Under the pieces are notes generated by a model. The model made no database searches, was not told where the DNA came from, and saw only the letters and a list, made by a program, of their open reading frames with translations. A program made the position numbers and the translations under genes. Below are positions 1 to 11,239 of a stretch of 64,000 bases of DNA, one piece after another. Each line of letters starts with the position of its first letter. Position 1 is the first letter of the stretch. The stretch comes from Bythopirellula sp. (GTDB lineage Bacteria; Planctomycetota; Planctomycetia; Pirellulales; Lacipirellulaceae): positions 3,424,001-3,488,000 of the forward strand of contig OZ244170.1 in assembly GCA_965216565.1 (NCBI GenBank), written 5' to 3'.

Positions 1-4
1 GGAT

Positions 5-943
5 TTGCTCGAAGAGGCAGCCGAATTGCTTCCCAATGCCAGTTTGTCGCCGGTCTACAATACCACGGAGGCCGATCCAACTCGAATGCTCGCAGGACTA
101 CCCGCGATGATCGATTCGGGGGAAAAGCTCGTTGTGGTTGAAGTTTCCGAGCCCATGCGCTGGGCACTGTGGATCGCCTGGCTGGCGTTTTTGTTTGCAC
201 TCCTCTCAACCGCTCTCTTGTTAGCGGGCGTGCTTGCTCTTTCCGAAAGACGGGCCGCCTTTGTCTCGTCCGTCACGCACGAATTGCGCTCACCGTTAAC
301 AACCTTTCGCATGTATTCCGACATGCTCTCGCGCGGCATGGTCCCCGACGCCGAGCGCCGTCAGCAATATCTGGAAACTCTCCGCACCGAAGCCGAACGA
401 CTCACCCACTTGGTGGAAAATGTACTGGCCTACGCCCGCCTGGAACGTGGTAGAAAGGTGAATCGGCAGGAAACGGTAACTGTCGAGGAGATCATCGACA
501 GACTCCAGGAACGGTTGCACGATCGCGCAGCGCAGTCGAATTTCGAACTGAAGGTCGACATAGCCGAAGGTGTCGGCAAACGACCGCTGACAACAGAAGT
601 GAGCGTGGTCGAACAGATCTTATTCAACCTTGTCGACAACGCCTGCAAATACGCAACTACTGCAGCAGACCGAACGCTTCACTGGGAAATCGCTGGCAAT
701 GCGGGAAGCGTGGCATTCACCATCCGCGATCATGGCCCCGGCTTCGACGCACCCCACCGTGCCCGACGCATGCAGGCATTCAGCAAGACCTCGGAGGAAG
801 CTGCGGTCTCGGCTCCCGGGGTTGGCCTCGGGCTGGCGCTATGCCGCAAATTGGCCAAACAACTCGGTGGCCGACTCGAAATCGCCGATTCTTGCGATGG
901 CGTTGCCGCCACATTGTATTTGCCAACGAACACGTCCGTGTAG
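5..943 (+). CDS. Sensor histidine kinase, 5'-truncated by the window edge
   Basis: TM segment; H-box VTHELRSPLT; N-box QILFNLVDNACKY; G1 DHGPG; G2 GVGLGLALC. Confidence 0.93.
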   Translation: MLEEAAELLPNASLSPVYNTTEADPTRMLAGLPAMIDSGEKLVVVEVSEPMRWALWIAWLAFLFALLSTALLLAGVLALSERRAAFVSSVTHELRSPLTTFRMYSDMLSRGMVPDAERRQQYLETLRTEAERLTHLVENVLAYARLERGRKVNRQETVTVEEIIDRLQERLHDRAAQSNFELKVDIAEGVGKRPLTTEVSVVEQILFNLVDNACKYATTAADRTLHWEIAGNAGSVAFTIRDHGPGFDAPHRARRMQAFSKTSEEAAVSAPGVGLGLALCRKLAKQLGGRLEIADSCDGVAATLYLPTNTSV

Positions 944-1017
944 TCTGATCACAGGCCCGGTGGTACAATACAAGAGGTTTGCTGACTGCAATCTTTTTCT
1001 CCCACTCGAGGTTACTC

Positions 1018-1596
1018 GTGTCTTCGCAGCCCAAGACTGAACTCACTACCGAAGAGTATCTCGCCATCGAGCGCGAGGCGGAGATCAAACACGAATACTA
1101 TCGCGGCGAAATGTTCGCGATGGGTGGAGCGAGTCATCGGCACAACCTTGTCTCTGGGAACGTATTCGCCGACATTCACTCTGAGCTGAAGGAACGAGAT
1201 TGCCAGGTCTTCACCAACGATATGCGCGTGAAAGTTTGTCCAACGGGCCTCTATACTTATCCCGACGTGATTGTCACTTGCGAGCAACCGCAATTTGAAG
1301 ATAACCATTTCGATACACTGCTCAACCCGCAGGTGATTATCGAAGTCCTCTCCGATTCGACTGAGCAGTACGACCGCGGCAAAAAGTTTGAGTATTACCG
1401 CCAGTTAGCATCGCTAAAAGAATACGTGCTAGTGAGCCAAGATCATGCCCACATCGAACGTTTCTCGCACCAAGACGGAAAGTGGGTACTGAGCGAAGCG
1501 ACCGGACTCGACGCCGCATTGGAACTACCCTCGGTCGACTGCCAACTCAAGCTCGCCGATGTTTATGCAAAGGTTGAGTTTGAAAAGTCGGCTTGA
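1018..1596 (+). CDS. Uma2/DUF820 family putative endonuclease
   Basis: Motifs TEEYLAIE..KHEYYRGEMFAMGGAS..H, YTYPDV, EVLSDST..YDRGKKF..Y, EYVLVSQ; GTG start at 1018 after GAGG. Confidence 0.92.
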   Translation: MSSQPKTELTTEEYLAIEREAEIKHEYYRGEMFAMGGASHRHNLVSGNVFADIHSELKERDCQVFTNDMRVKVCPTGLYTYPDVIVTCEQPQFEDNHFDTLLNPQVIIEVLSDSTEQYDRGKKFEYYRQLASLKEYVLVSQDHAHIERFSHQDGKWVLSEATGLDAALELPSVDCQLKLADVYAKVEFEKSA

Positions 1597-1757
1597 ATCC
1601 TCTTTTGCCAAACCTCGACCGATTTCTTCGAAACCAAGCCGTCTATAGCTGCCCGCTCAAGTCGACTATGATAGAGCTAGGCGTCCGTTGGCAAGATTGG
1701 GCCTTGGCGGGCGAATAACAACCTGGAACTTGCTTTTCACTATTTTCATTTGCCTCC

Positions 1758-3323
1758 ATGCCCCGTCGATTTGGCTTCTTGGTGTTCGCGTATCTGGCCC
1801 TGGTGAGCTATGCGCTGGTGGTATGGCTACCTACGATCGTCGAGCGATACGAAAGCCTGGCAGAAAAGCATCCGAACCTGGCCTTCTCGTACCTATGTAC
1901 GGTAGGGCTTGGGGCACTTGTGCTGGTAGTTGTTTCGCTATGGATCTTGATCCGGCTGCTCAAGAATACCTGGCGAAAAATTCGACTGCGAAAACAACGC
2001 GATACTGAACCCGGTCAGATGTCTGCCCGCGATAAGACTGCAGAGATCACAGAAAATCTCCAGGCCGGTGAAAACTTCGCCCGTGACACTTCGGTTTCGG
2101 AAGAACTCCGCGAAGAAATCCGCAAGAGTCTGAAAGAACTAGAAGCCAAGCGTACCGCCTCGGAGCTAGAGATAGTCGCCTTCGGTACGATTTCTAGCGG
2201 CAAGTCGTCTCTGCTCAATGTGCTCTCGGGTCGGCAAGTGTTTAAGTCCAATGTCGTGGGCGGCACTACGAGTACGCGCAGCGAGATCCCCTGGCCTGGG
2301 TCCGATAAGGTAACGTTGGTCGACACTCCCGGTTTGGCAGAAGTCAAAGGAGAAAGCCGCGCAGCCGAGGCTGCCCTGGCAGCCAAAGATGCCGACTTGG
2401 TACTGTTGGTTGTTGATGGCCCACTCAAGGCTTACGAAGTTGATCTGGCCGAACAGCTTCTTGCGATGGAGAAACGCATTGTCGTCTGTCTCAATAAAGA
2501 AGATTGGTACGACAAAACCGAAAAAGAACAATTGGCTGGTCAAATTGCGGAGCAGTTGCCTACCATTTCCGCTGAGGACATCGTTGCCGTACGCGCCACA
2601 ACCGTCACTCGTTCTAGAATGCGGGTGGCCTCGGACGGCTCGGAAGTTGCGGAACAAATTGAAATGCAGCCCGACGTCCAGAATCTTGCCGATCGGCTAA
2701 TGCAAATCGTCCAACGCGATGGACGCGATCTGCTCTTGGCAAATTTGCTATTACAGTCGCGCGGCTTGGTCGACCAGTCGAAAGAACGGGTCCGCGCGAC
2801 TCTCGACCGGCGGGCCGAAGAGATTATCAGCCGTCACATGTGGGCAGCCGGAGGGGCGGCAGGGGTCAATCCGTTCCCACTGTTAGATCTAGCCGGCGGC
2901 AGTGCGATCACGATTAAGATGGTTATCGAGCTTGCCCATGTGTACAGACAACCGGTCGATACGGACATGGTCGTAAAGATGCTCGAGCAACTGGGTAAAA
3001 ACCTCATCGCGATGGTGGGCGCCACCGCTGCCACTCCTGCGGTCGCTGGCGCCCTGGGCACCATGCTGAAAACGGTTCCCGGCATTGGCACAATCGCCGG
3101 CGGCGTGTTGCAAGGATTAGTCCAAGCGCTCGTCACTCGCTGGATCGGCAACGTCTTTATGAAATACTTCCAGGAAGAAATGAAAACGCCGCCGGGTGGC
3201 TTGGCCGAATTGGCACGCAGCCAGTGGAACAAAGTCACCACAGCAAATTCGCTGCGGAAGCTCATCCAGCATGGCCGCGACGAGCTGATGGGAAAAAGCA
3301 ATTCGAAGGCAAACGATGACTGA
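1758..3323 (+). CDS. TRAFAC (Era/HSR1-like) GTPase with two N-terminal TM helices and C-terminal DUF697 (YcjF-like) domain
   Basis: G1 FGTISSGKSS, G2 GGTT, G3 DTPG, G4 NKED; C-terminal NPFPLLDL motif and Gly/Ala-rich hydrophobic helices. Confidence 0.85.
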   Translation: MPRRFGFLVFAYLALVSYALVVWLPTIVERYESLAEKHPNLAFSYLCTVGLGALVLVVVSLWILIRLLKNTWRKIRLRKQRDTEPGQMSARDKTAEITENLQAGENFARDTSVSEELREEIRKSLKELEAKRTASELEIVAFGTISSGKSSLLNVLSGRQVFKSNVVGGTTSTRSEIPWPGSDKVTLVDTPGLAEVKGESRAAEAALAAKDADLVLLVVDGPLKAYEVDLAEQLLAMEKRIVVCLNKEDWYDKTEKEQLAGQIAEQLPTISAEDIVAVRATTVTRSRMRVASDGSEVAEQIEMQPDVQNLADRLMQIVQRDGRDLLLANLLLQSRGLVDQSKERVRATLDRRAEEIISRHMWAAGGAAGVNPFPLLDLAGGSAITIKMVIELAHVYRQPVDTDMVVKMLEQLGKNLIAMVGATAATPAVAGALGTMLKTVPGIGTIAGGVLQGLVQALVTRWIGNVFMKYFQEEMKTPPGGLAELARSQWNKVTTANSLRKLIQHGRDELMGKSNSKANDD

Positions 3324-4701
3324 ACACGATAGGCCTTCCAATGCTGAGCCGACATCCACTGCTGGCAACGCTCAAGACGATTACCTCGCTGCCTGGGAAG
3401 CGGTCCGCGCTGCGATCGTGAAGTCCGAAGCTTGTAGTCCCGAGGAACGCGAGCACTTGCAGCGCGACATCGAAGACCTGAGCAGGATGTCTGAGAAGTT
3501 GGAAACGGGCCGCGTCGAAATCGTTGTATTTGGCGAAATCAGCACCGGCAAATCGGCCCTCATCAATGCTCTGGTCGGCGAGCAAATCAGTCAGGTCAAC
3601 GTGCAGGGGGGTTGGACCAAGGACGTTTGGCATGTGCCCTGGGAAGGCATTGGCTACTGCGTGCCCGGCTTTGCCGATTCGCAAGTCGTATTGATCGACA
3701 CGCCAGGGCTCAACGAAGTGGAAGGCGCCCAACGGGGCGAAATGGCACGAGCGGCTGCCGAAAAGGCCGACTTGGTGCTGTTCGTTACCGACTCGGACCT
3801 GAACGAAACCGAGCACGCTGCCCTCATTGAACTGGCCGCCAGCCATAAGCCCATTATTTTGGTGCTGAACAAATCGGATCTCTATTCACCGAAAGAGCTG
3901 GACGAGCTACTCGGCGTGCTGCGAGGCCCCCGGCTTGGTGGAATTGTCGACAGCGAAAATATTCTCGTCACCCAGGCGGCTCCGCGGGAAATGGAATACA
4001 TCATCGAGTCGGCCGACGGCTCTACCCGCAGCGAATGGCGTCGGCCCGAACCCAAAATTGACGCGCTCCGCGAGCGAATTCTGCATGTATTGGATACCGA
4101 AGGCAAAGCGCTGCTCGCACTCAATGCCGCGATGTTTGCCTCCGACAAAAGCGACCGCATGGGGGCGTTACGCGTCCAGATGCGCGAGGCGAAGGCCGCT
4201 TCGACCATCTGGAGCTACGCTGTGATGAAGTCGCTTGCCGTCTCTCTCAACCCGGGGGCAGTGATCGACGTACTCGGTGGCACAGCCGTGGACGCCGCGA
4301 TGGTGGTCAACCTCGGTCGCATCTATGGCATCAGCATCACCACTGCCAACGCTCGGCAGCTTGTCACTTCGATCTTGAAATCAGCCGGCTGGGTGATGCT
4401 CGGCGAAGCGGCAGTCAGCTACGCGTCATCGGTGTTCAAGGGGCTCACACTCGGCTATGGCACCGTGCTCACCGCCCTGCCCCAAGGCGCAGCGGCGGGC
4501 TATGGGTCGTATATCGTCGGTCAGGCAGCTCGCTACTACTTCCAGCACGGCGCAAGCTGGGGCGACGAATCGCCGAAGCAAGTCGTCACGCAGATCCTGG
4601 AGAACACCGACAAAAAATCGGTGCTGGAGCGGCTCAAGATGGAGATCAAGAAAAAGATCTCGGTGAACCCTTATGCGGGAAAGGGTGAGGCCCGCGAATA
4701 G
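3316..4701 (+). CDS. Second GTPase-DUF697 paralog without N-terminal TM
   Basis: G1 FGEISTGKSA, G2 GGWT, G3 DTPG, G4 NKSD; NPGAVIDV and SWG motifs; 8-nt overlap with the upstream gene. Confidence 0.85.
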   Translation: MTEHDRPSNAEPTSTAGNAQDDYLAAWEAVRAAIVKSEACSPEEREHLQRDIEDLSRMSEKLETGRVEIVVFGEISTGKSALINALVGEQISQVNVQGGWTKDVWHVPWEGIGYCVPGFADSQVVLIDTPGLNEVEGAQRGEMARAAAEKADLVLFVTDSDLNETEHAALIELAASHKPIILVLNKSDLYSPKELDELLGVLRGPRLGGIVDSENILVTQAAPREMEYIIESADGSTRSEWRRPEPKIDALRERILHVLDTEGKALLALNAAMFASDKSDRMGALRVQMREAKAASTIWSYAVMKSLAVSLNPGAVIDVLGGTAVDAAMVVNLGRIYGISITTANARQLVTSILKSAGWVMLGEAAVSYASSVFKGLTLGYGTVLTALPQGAAAGYGSYIVGQAARYYFQHGASWGDESPKQVVTQILENTDKKSVLERLKMEIKKKISVNPYAGKGEARE

Positions 4702-4742
4702 CGCGGATGCTCGCGAATAGAAATTCTCGTGGCGAGAGAGTT

Positions 4743-5120
4743 ATGAAACTCTTGATGCAAATGTTGAGACGATTGCTGCGAAGCAAACTTCAATTGATCA
4801 TTCAGATCCCGTTGGCTTCCTACTTTGGGGAAGATGAGGAAATGTCGCTTCGCGATCAGCTCGCCGAGTCTCTTGAGGTTGTCTTTCAAGAAAACGATTG
4901 TGGAGTCTTTGATGGGACAGACTCGGGCATGGGGAAGACGAATCTTTTCATCTACGAAATCCCGTACCATCGATGGGAAGATGCTTTTCGTCTCTCAATG
5001 AATGAGCTCAACAGAACTCAGCTCGAAGAGAAGGTTACGATTGCCTATGGCTTCATGGACGAGGAAGAACTGAAAGTAATCTGGCCGAGCGGATTCGAAG
5101 GGGACTTTTCCGTTCTTTGA
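4743..5120 (+). CDS. Small acidic hypothetical protein in an AT-richer segment
   Basis: ORF fills the gap between co-oriented genes; GxxDGxxxGxG..FIY and C-terminal IWP pattern; flanked by periodic repeats. Confidence 0.65.
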   Translation: MKLLMQMLRRLLRSKLQLIIQIPLASYFGEDEEMSLRDQLAESLEVVFQENDCGVFDGTDSGMGKTNLFIYEIPYHRWEDAFRLSMNELNRTQLEEKVTIAYGFMDEEELKVIWPSGFEGDFSVL

Positions 5121-5216
5121 TAGAGTATCTGCAGCCACTCCGCGTGCCTCCGCCGTTCCGCGCCCTCTGCGTTTCATCCCTTGGCATCGCCCTGCTGCCC
5201 TGCCATAGTATTTGAC

Positions 5217-6002
5217 ATGCTCACCACCATCCAAGGCAATCTCTACGACTACCCCAAGTATTACGACTTGGTATACGGCTCCGACTGGAAAGCGGAATTC
5301 GAATTTCTCGAAGACTGTTTCGAAATGCATGCCGGGCCGGTGGTGCGGCGTGTGTTCGAACCGGCTTGCGGCACGGGGCGGCTCCTCGTGAAACTCGCAG
5401 AAGCGGGATACGAAGTGGGGGGGCTCGACCTCAACCAGGCAGCGATTGAGTTCTGCAACGCTCGCCTCGAACGCCAAGGCTTTCCGCCTTCCACTTTCGT
5501 CGGCGACATGGCCGACTTTCAGCTCAAGAAAAAAGTCGATGCGGCATTCAACACCATCAACAGCTTCCGCCACCTACAAACCGAGGCCGAGGCCCAGGCC
5601 CATTTGGAGTGTATGGCGGCTGTGCTCAAGCCGGGCGGCATCTACGTGTTGGGCATCCATCTGACGCCAACCGCGGTCGAACCGATGCAAGAAGAGAGCT
5701 GGTCGGCCCGCCGTGGCAACCTGGCGGTGTGCTCTCGGCTGTGGGTCAACGACTGCAATCTTCGTACGCGACGCGAAACCGTGGGGATGAGTTTCGACGT
5801 CTATACGCCCACTAAACAATACCGAATCGAGGATCAGGTCACTTTCCGCACCTATACGGCCGAGCAAATGGACGGTTTACTGAAGGGTATTACCGATTTT
5901 GAGGTAACTGCAGTCTACGATTTCAGTTACGACGTTGGTCGACCCGTTGAAATCGGCCCCGAAACCGAGGATGTGGTCTATGTTCTTAGGAAGCTGCCTT
6001 AG
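5217..6002 (+). CDS. Class I SAM-dependent methyltransferase
   Basis: Motif I VFEPACGTGR; GLDLN; GDMADF; LKPGGIYVL. Confidence 0.93.
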   Translation: MLTTIQGNLYDYPKYYDLVYGSDWKAEFEFLEDCFEMHAGPVVRRVFEPACGTGRLLVKLAEAGYEVGGLDLNQAAIEFCNARLERQGFPPSTFVGDMADFQLKKKVDAAFNTINSFRHLQTEAEAQAHLECMAAVLKPGGIYVLGIHLTPTAVEPMQEESWSARRGNLAVCSRLWVNDCNLRTRRETVGMSFDVYTPTKQYRIEDQVTFRTYTAEQMDGLLKGITDFEVTAVYDFSYDVGRPVEIGPETEDVVYVLRKLP

Positions 6003-6130
6003 ATAGGTCTTCGCAAGAAGCTTTGTCCAGGGGAGAATTGAAGTCGCGCCAGTTGGTGGCGGATTTCTGCACGGCCCAGGCCGTTATCCTAGAAAACATA
6101 GAAATGTCTTGCTTCGGCAAGTGAATACTG

Positions 6131-7462
6131 GTGAGCGCAACTTCCTCTACATCCGCTGATCTCCTGGTTCCTAGGTCGGAGCATCAAGATAGCCTGGTCG
6201 ACTTCGTGCGCTGGGGGCTCGCTCAATTGAAGCTCTCCTGGGAAGAAACTGCAGATCGTGCGACCGTAGTTCTCGACGAATCGGACCGCAAATTTTTTGA
6301 CGGCAAAGAGCGAATCACGCTGGCCCTCAACCCAGGTGCCGAAACGGCCACGTCCGAGCCAATTGCACTCGACGGACGATTCGCAAGTTGGCTGTTGAAT
6401 AAACTCCGCGATTTGAAACCCGCTGTTAGCCTTTGCCCATTCGATCAACCCACGTCAGTCAACGACGTTGTGGCCCGACTGTTTGAAGCCTACCAAGTGG
6501 ACGGTGGACAGGTTCATCTTGGTGGCTGTCAGTTGGATGATCTGCCATTCTTGCGACTTACTTATGCCAATACTGACGAATCAGGCAATCCTTGCGTCTG
6601 CCATATTTTCGTGGCTCACGATGGAACCTCGGTATCATCCGAGCAGGCTGAGGAACTAGGCCTCCTGCAAGTTGAGCCTGTCCTCCACTTGCCCCCTCGC
6701 ATAGATGAAGCAGCCTTAGGCGCCTTGCTTTCGGCCGGAGAGCGGATTGCTGTCCAAAGCTGCAGTGACAGGGATCCTAGCGCCCGCGTCACCGATCCAC
6801 TGGTGACCGCGCTGGTTTGGATTAAACATGCCAGTGGCAAGCTTCAGTTTACGATTGACGAAACGACTGTTGAGCTGCCTTTTTCAGGCTGGGCAAAGCT
6901 GATTCAAGCTCCGCCCTATGTCTCGAGCCGCTCGGGCGCGAGTAGCTTCCATCTGGCCGCGACCGATGAGGGCCATATCGATGCGCTGAGTGAAATCACG
7001 CAGTGCGAGTACTCGGGCAGAAAGGTTTTGAGACAGGACCTCGTCGAGTGCTCAGTCACCGGCAAGCGTGTACTGGAAGAATTCACGCGACGTTGCCCTG
7101 TGAGCGGTCGACCAGCTTTAGAGGAAAATTTCCGAGCTTGTAGCAGTTGTGGCGAAGAGGTAAGTCAAAGTGCACTCGACGTAGGCGTATGTGCCGGTTG
7201 TCGGGGCGTTGTTCCCACGGCCAAGAACGATCCGCGACTGGTATGGATCCTTAGTGAACACAAGGGTCTGGAGAGCTGGGGACGGTGGAAGATCGCCGAA
7301 ACGGAAAATGTCTATATCGCTGTCGGTAGCAAGATGCTCCGCCGCCTGTTGGTGGTCGTTGACAAAGAATCGCTCTCAGTCCGTCACTTGGCTACCCGGG
7401 GACGCATCGGCTCCCGCTGGACACCTGTTGCCCCAGCTGAATTTGGCCAAATTCTCGCGTAG
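6131..7462 (+). CDS. Hypothetical protein with Cys-rich zinc-ribbon-like repeats
   Basis: 443-aa ORF containing CEYSG, CSVTG, CPVSG, CSSCG and CAGC. Confidence 0.75.
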   Translation: MSATSSTSADLLVPRSEHQDSLVDFVRWGLAQLKLSWEETADRATVVLDESDRKFFDGKERITLALNPGAETATSEPIALDGRFASWLLNKLRDLKPAVSLCPFDQPTSVNDVVARLFEAYQVDGGQVHLGGCQLDDLPFLRLTYANTDESGNPCVCHIFVAHDGTSVSSEQAEELGLLQVEPVLHLPPRIDEAALGALLSAGERIAVQSCSDRDPSARVTDPLVTALVWIKHASGKLQFTIDETTVELPFSGWAKLIQAPPYVSSRSGASSFHLAATDEGHIDALSEITQCEYSGRKVLRQDLVECSVTGKRVLEEFTRRCPVSGRPALEENFRACSSCGEEVSQSALDVGVCAGCRGVVPTAKNDPRLVWILSEHKGLESWGRWKIAETENVYIAVGSKMLRRLLVVVDKESLSVRHLATRGRIGSRWTPVAPAEFGQILA

Positions 7463-8537
7463 GCTAGCAATTTGACTACCTATTTGCTGGCCCTCTATTC
7501 CGGTCTGCACGTAACTCCTAGTTGTTACTTGGGATACACACAATCCCCATAGATTGCCTAGACGTTGATTCGTGCGATTGTCAAGCCTTCTGGGCCTGAA
7601 ATCAAGCATTTTCTAGCCTTTGCATCTGGACCGGCCATTTTGTCCAGGTAAAATTAAGAGGCTGTAGTTGGCTAGATTCTCCCCCCTCTCAAATACTGTA
7701 TCCCGTCAGATTCAAGCAACCCACACGCGGCACAACTTCGCTCCCCATCGACCTTTCCATTTCTTGGAGTACTTCGGGAAGGTTAAGACGAAGTGGCCCT
7801 CGCCTTACGGCACCTATTGCTGACGCACAGTAAAGTCTGGGATCCGAGAATTTTTGTCTGGGCAGGTGCGTGTGGATCTCTCCTGTCCTGGTTCGGATTT
7901 ATTCCAAATTCAGAGGATTTGTTGCTCCGTTTAGTTATTCGCTGCGTACCCACGTAGAACGTGTTCGCAGGATCCAAAACGAAGCTTTATGCAGATTGCC
8001 ATCGAACGTTTGGGCAGAAAGTTGGTTCGAGTCAGCGGCGTGCGCGCCCGACTCCCGTTTCGTCCAGCCAGTCGCTTGATGGTTGTGTGCCTTAGTAAAG
8101 AGAAAACATCCCATGTTGTTTTCTGCGTAAGTGTAATCTTCTACCAAATCTAAGTGTTGTTAAACCAACCGCAGACTTGGTGTTAGAGTTAGTTGTCTTT
8201 GTACTTATTTTAAGTGAGGGGCCTAATAAATTAGAGGGGATGTAACTGCTCTTCCTGCGGTTCCAATGGATCAACCGCCAGGCCGCTTTTATCGTCTACG
8301 AATACTCCCTGCTGGCAAAACCTGACTTACCCATTCAGCTTATTGCCCAGTACGACTCAATAGTCATTTGCGATAAAAGAAACCGGTGCCTCAAGGGCCC
8401 GTTATTTACCCCACTTAATGAATAGAAGCCAGCTTTAAGAAATAGAGGGTCGAAGAAAAAATGTGGCAGCCCCAATGATGGGCGCCGCCGGGCAAATTCA
8501 GATTTGGACATACTATTGAAACTGAGGAGTGTTGACT

Positions 8538-10103
<1,566 letters not shown>

Positions 10104-10144
10104 CGACAGCCCCCGACGATAGCCCCCGTCAAAGGGTTTTTACT

Positions 10145-10177
10145 ACCCCGCTACGTTCCACGTGGCGGGGTTTTTTT
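10145..10177 (+). terminator. Rho-independent terminator of the sigma factor gene
   Basis: Stem ACCCCGCTACG / CGTGGCGGGGT followed by a T-tract. Confidence 0.9.
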
Positions 10178-10178
10178 A

Positions 10179-10555
10179 TTGAATACGGAGACACGGAGGG
10201 CACGGAGAAGATTGAGACAGGTTGCCTCGGCGACTCGCCGAGGCGAGATGACTGGATTGGCAGGATGAACCGGATGAAATGCGTGCTGGCCGATAAGACA
10301 CGGACAGAATGGACACTGTCGTAGGGTGGTGGCGACAGGCCCATCGATGGAGAAGATGCAATGCCCTGAGAATTGATGGGCTGCCGCAATGCTTTGGCTA
10401 GTTCTACTGATCTACATCAACCTATTTGGTGTGCCGCCGCTCCGCTTTGGCACACCCTACCTACTCTAAAGCATTCTGATTCTTACTTTCTCAATTTGCG
10501 ATTCAAAAGAGCTCCGCGGCGAGATCCCACTGCGCCTTAGCGCCTCTGCGAGACG
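10179..10555. repeat. Nested composite of intergenic repeats
   Basis: TTGAA-TACGGAGA-CACGGAGGG-CACGGAG (10179-10207); palindrome GCCTCGGCGA-C-TCGCCGAGGC (10224-10244); 9-mer array at 10251-10277; GTAG-type REP arms at 10321 and 10428-10460; 8-mer array at 10528-10553. Confidence 0.7.
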
Positions 10556-10675
10556 CGATAAACACGACCGACAACTTTTCTCCCAAACCAACTTGATTCG
10601 CACACTATATTACTATACATTTGATCACCTTCGTGCGACATACCCAAAACACTTCTTCCCCGCAGGAGACTCACG

Positions 10676-11176
10676 ATGAGTTACGCTGATTCGATTCTGC
10701 CTGAGTTCGAGCAAGAGATGGCCAATACCCGCAAGGTGCTTGAGGCGGTGCCGAACGACAAGCTCGATTGGAAGCCGCATGAAAAGTCGAACACGATCGG
10801 CTGGAACGCCAACCATTTGGCAGAGATTGTGAACTGGGTCGAGGGAACCTTTGCCGCTCCGGAGTGGGATATCGGCCTGGAAGGGACCGAGGCCTATCAT
10901 TCACCGACGCTTGAGTCTCGCGAAGAAATACTCGCCCTGTTCGACAAGGGCGTGGCCGACGCGCGGCGCACGATTGAATCTGCAACTGAAGAATCCGTGA
11001 ACGAAATGTGGTCGCTGAAAGACAATGGCAAGACATTGATCGAGGTGCCACGTGGCGTGACTGTCCGAACCTTCATTCTCAACCACACCATCCATCATCG
11101 TGCGATACTGTGTGTGTATCTGCGGATGAACGACGTCCCCGTGCCGGGGATGTATGGTCCCTCGGGAGATGAGTAG
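10676..11176 (+). CDS. DinB/YfiT family protein
   Basis: E..NTRKVLEAVP..KLDWKPHEKS.TIG..A.HL; C-terminal NHTIHHRA.L.VYLRMNDVPVPGMYGPS; RBS AGGAG. Confidence 0.92.
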   Translation: MSYADSILPEFEQEMANTRKVLEAVPNDKLDWKPHEKSNTIGWNANHLAEIVNWVEGTFAAPEWDIGLEGTEAYHSPTLESREEILALFDKGVADARRTIESATEESVNEMWSLKDNGKTLIEVPRGVTVRTFILNHTIHHRAILCVYLRMNDVPVPGMYGPSGDE

Positions 11177-11239
11177 ACTTTCCAGCAATTGTAGCCACAC
11201 CTGTTGCTTACGCCTTAAGGCTTTGCGAAAGGCTCGGCG

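Noticed and set aside
10179..10555. Possible CRISPR array
   Set aside because: There are no identical 23-47-bp repeats with unique spacers and no cas genes; the repeats are short, degenerate and tandem.
10590..10625. SOS/LexA-type operator upstream of the DinB-family gene
   Set aside because: The stretch is AT-rich and promoter-like, but I could not support a convincing palindromic box.
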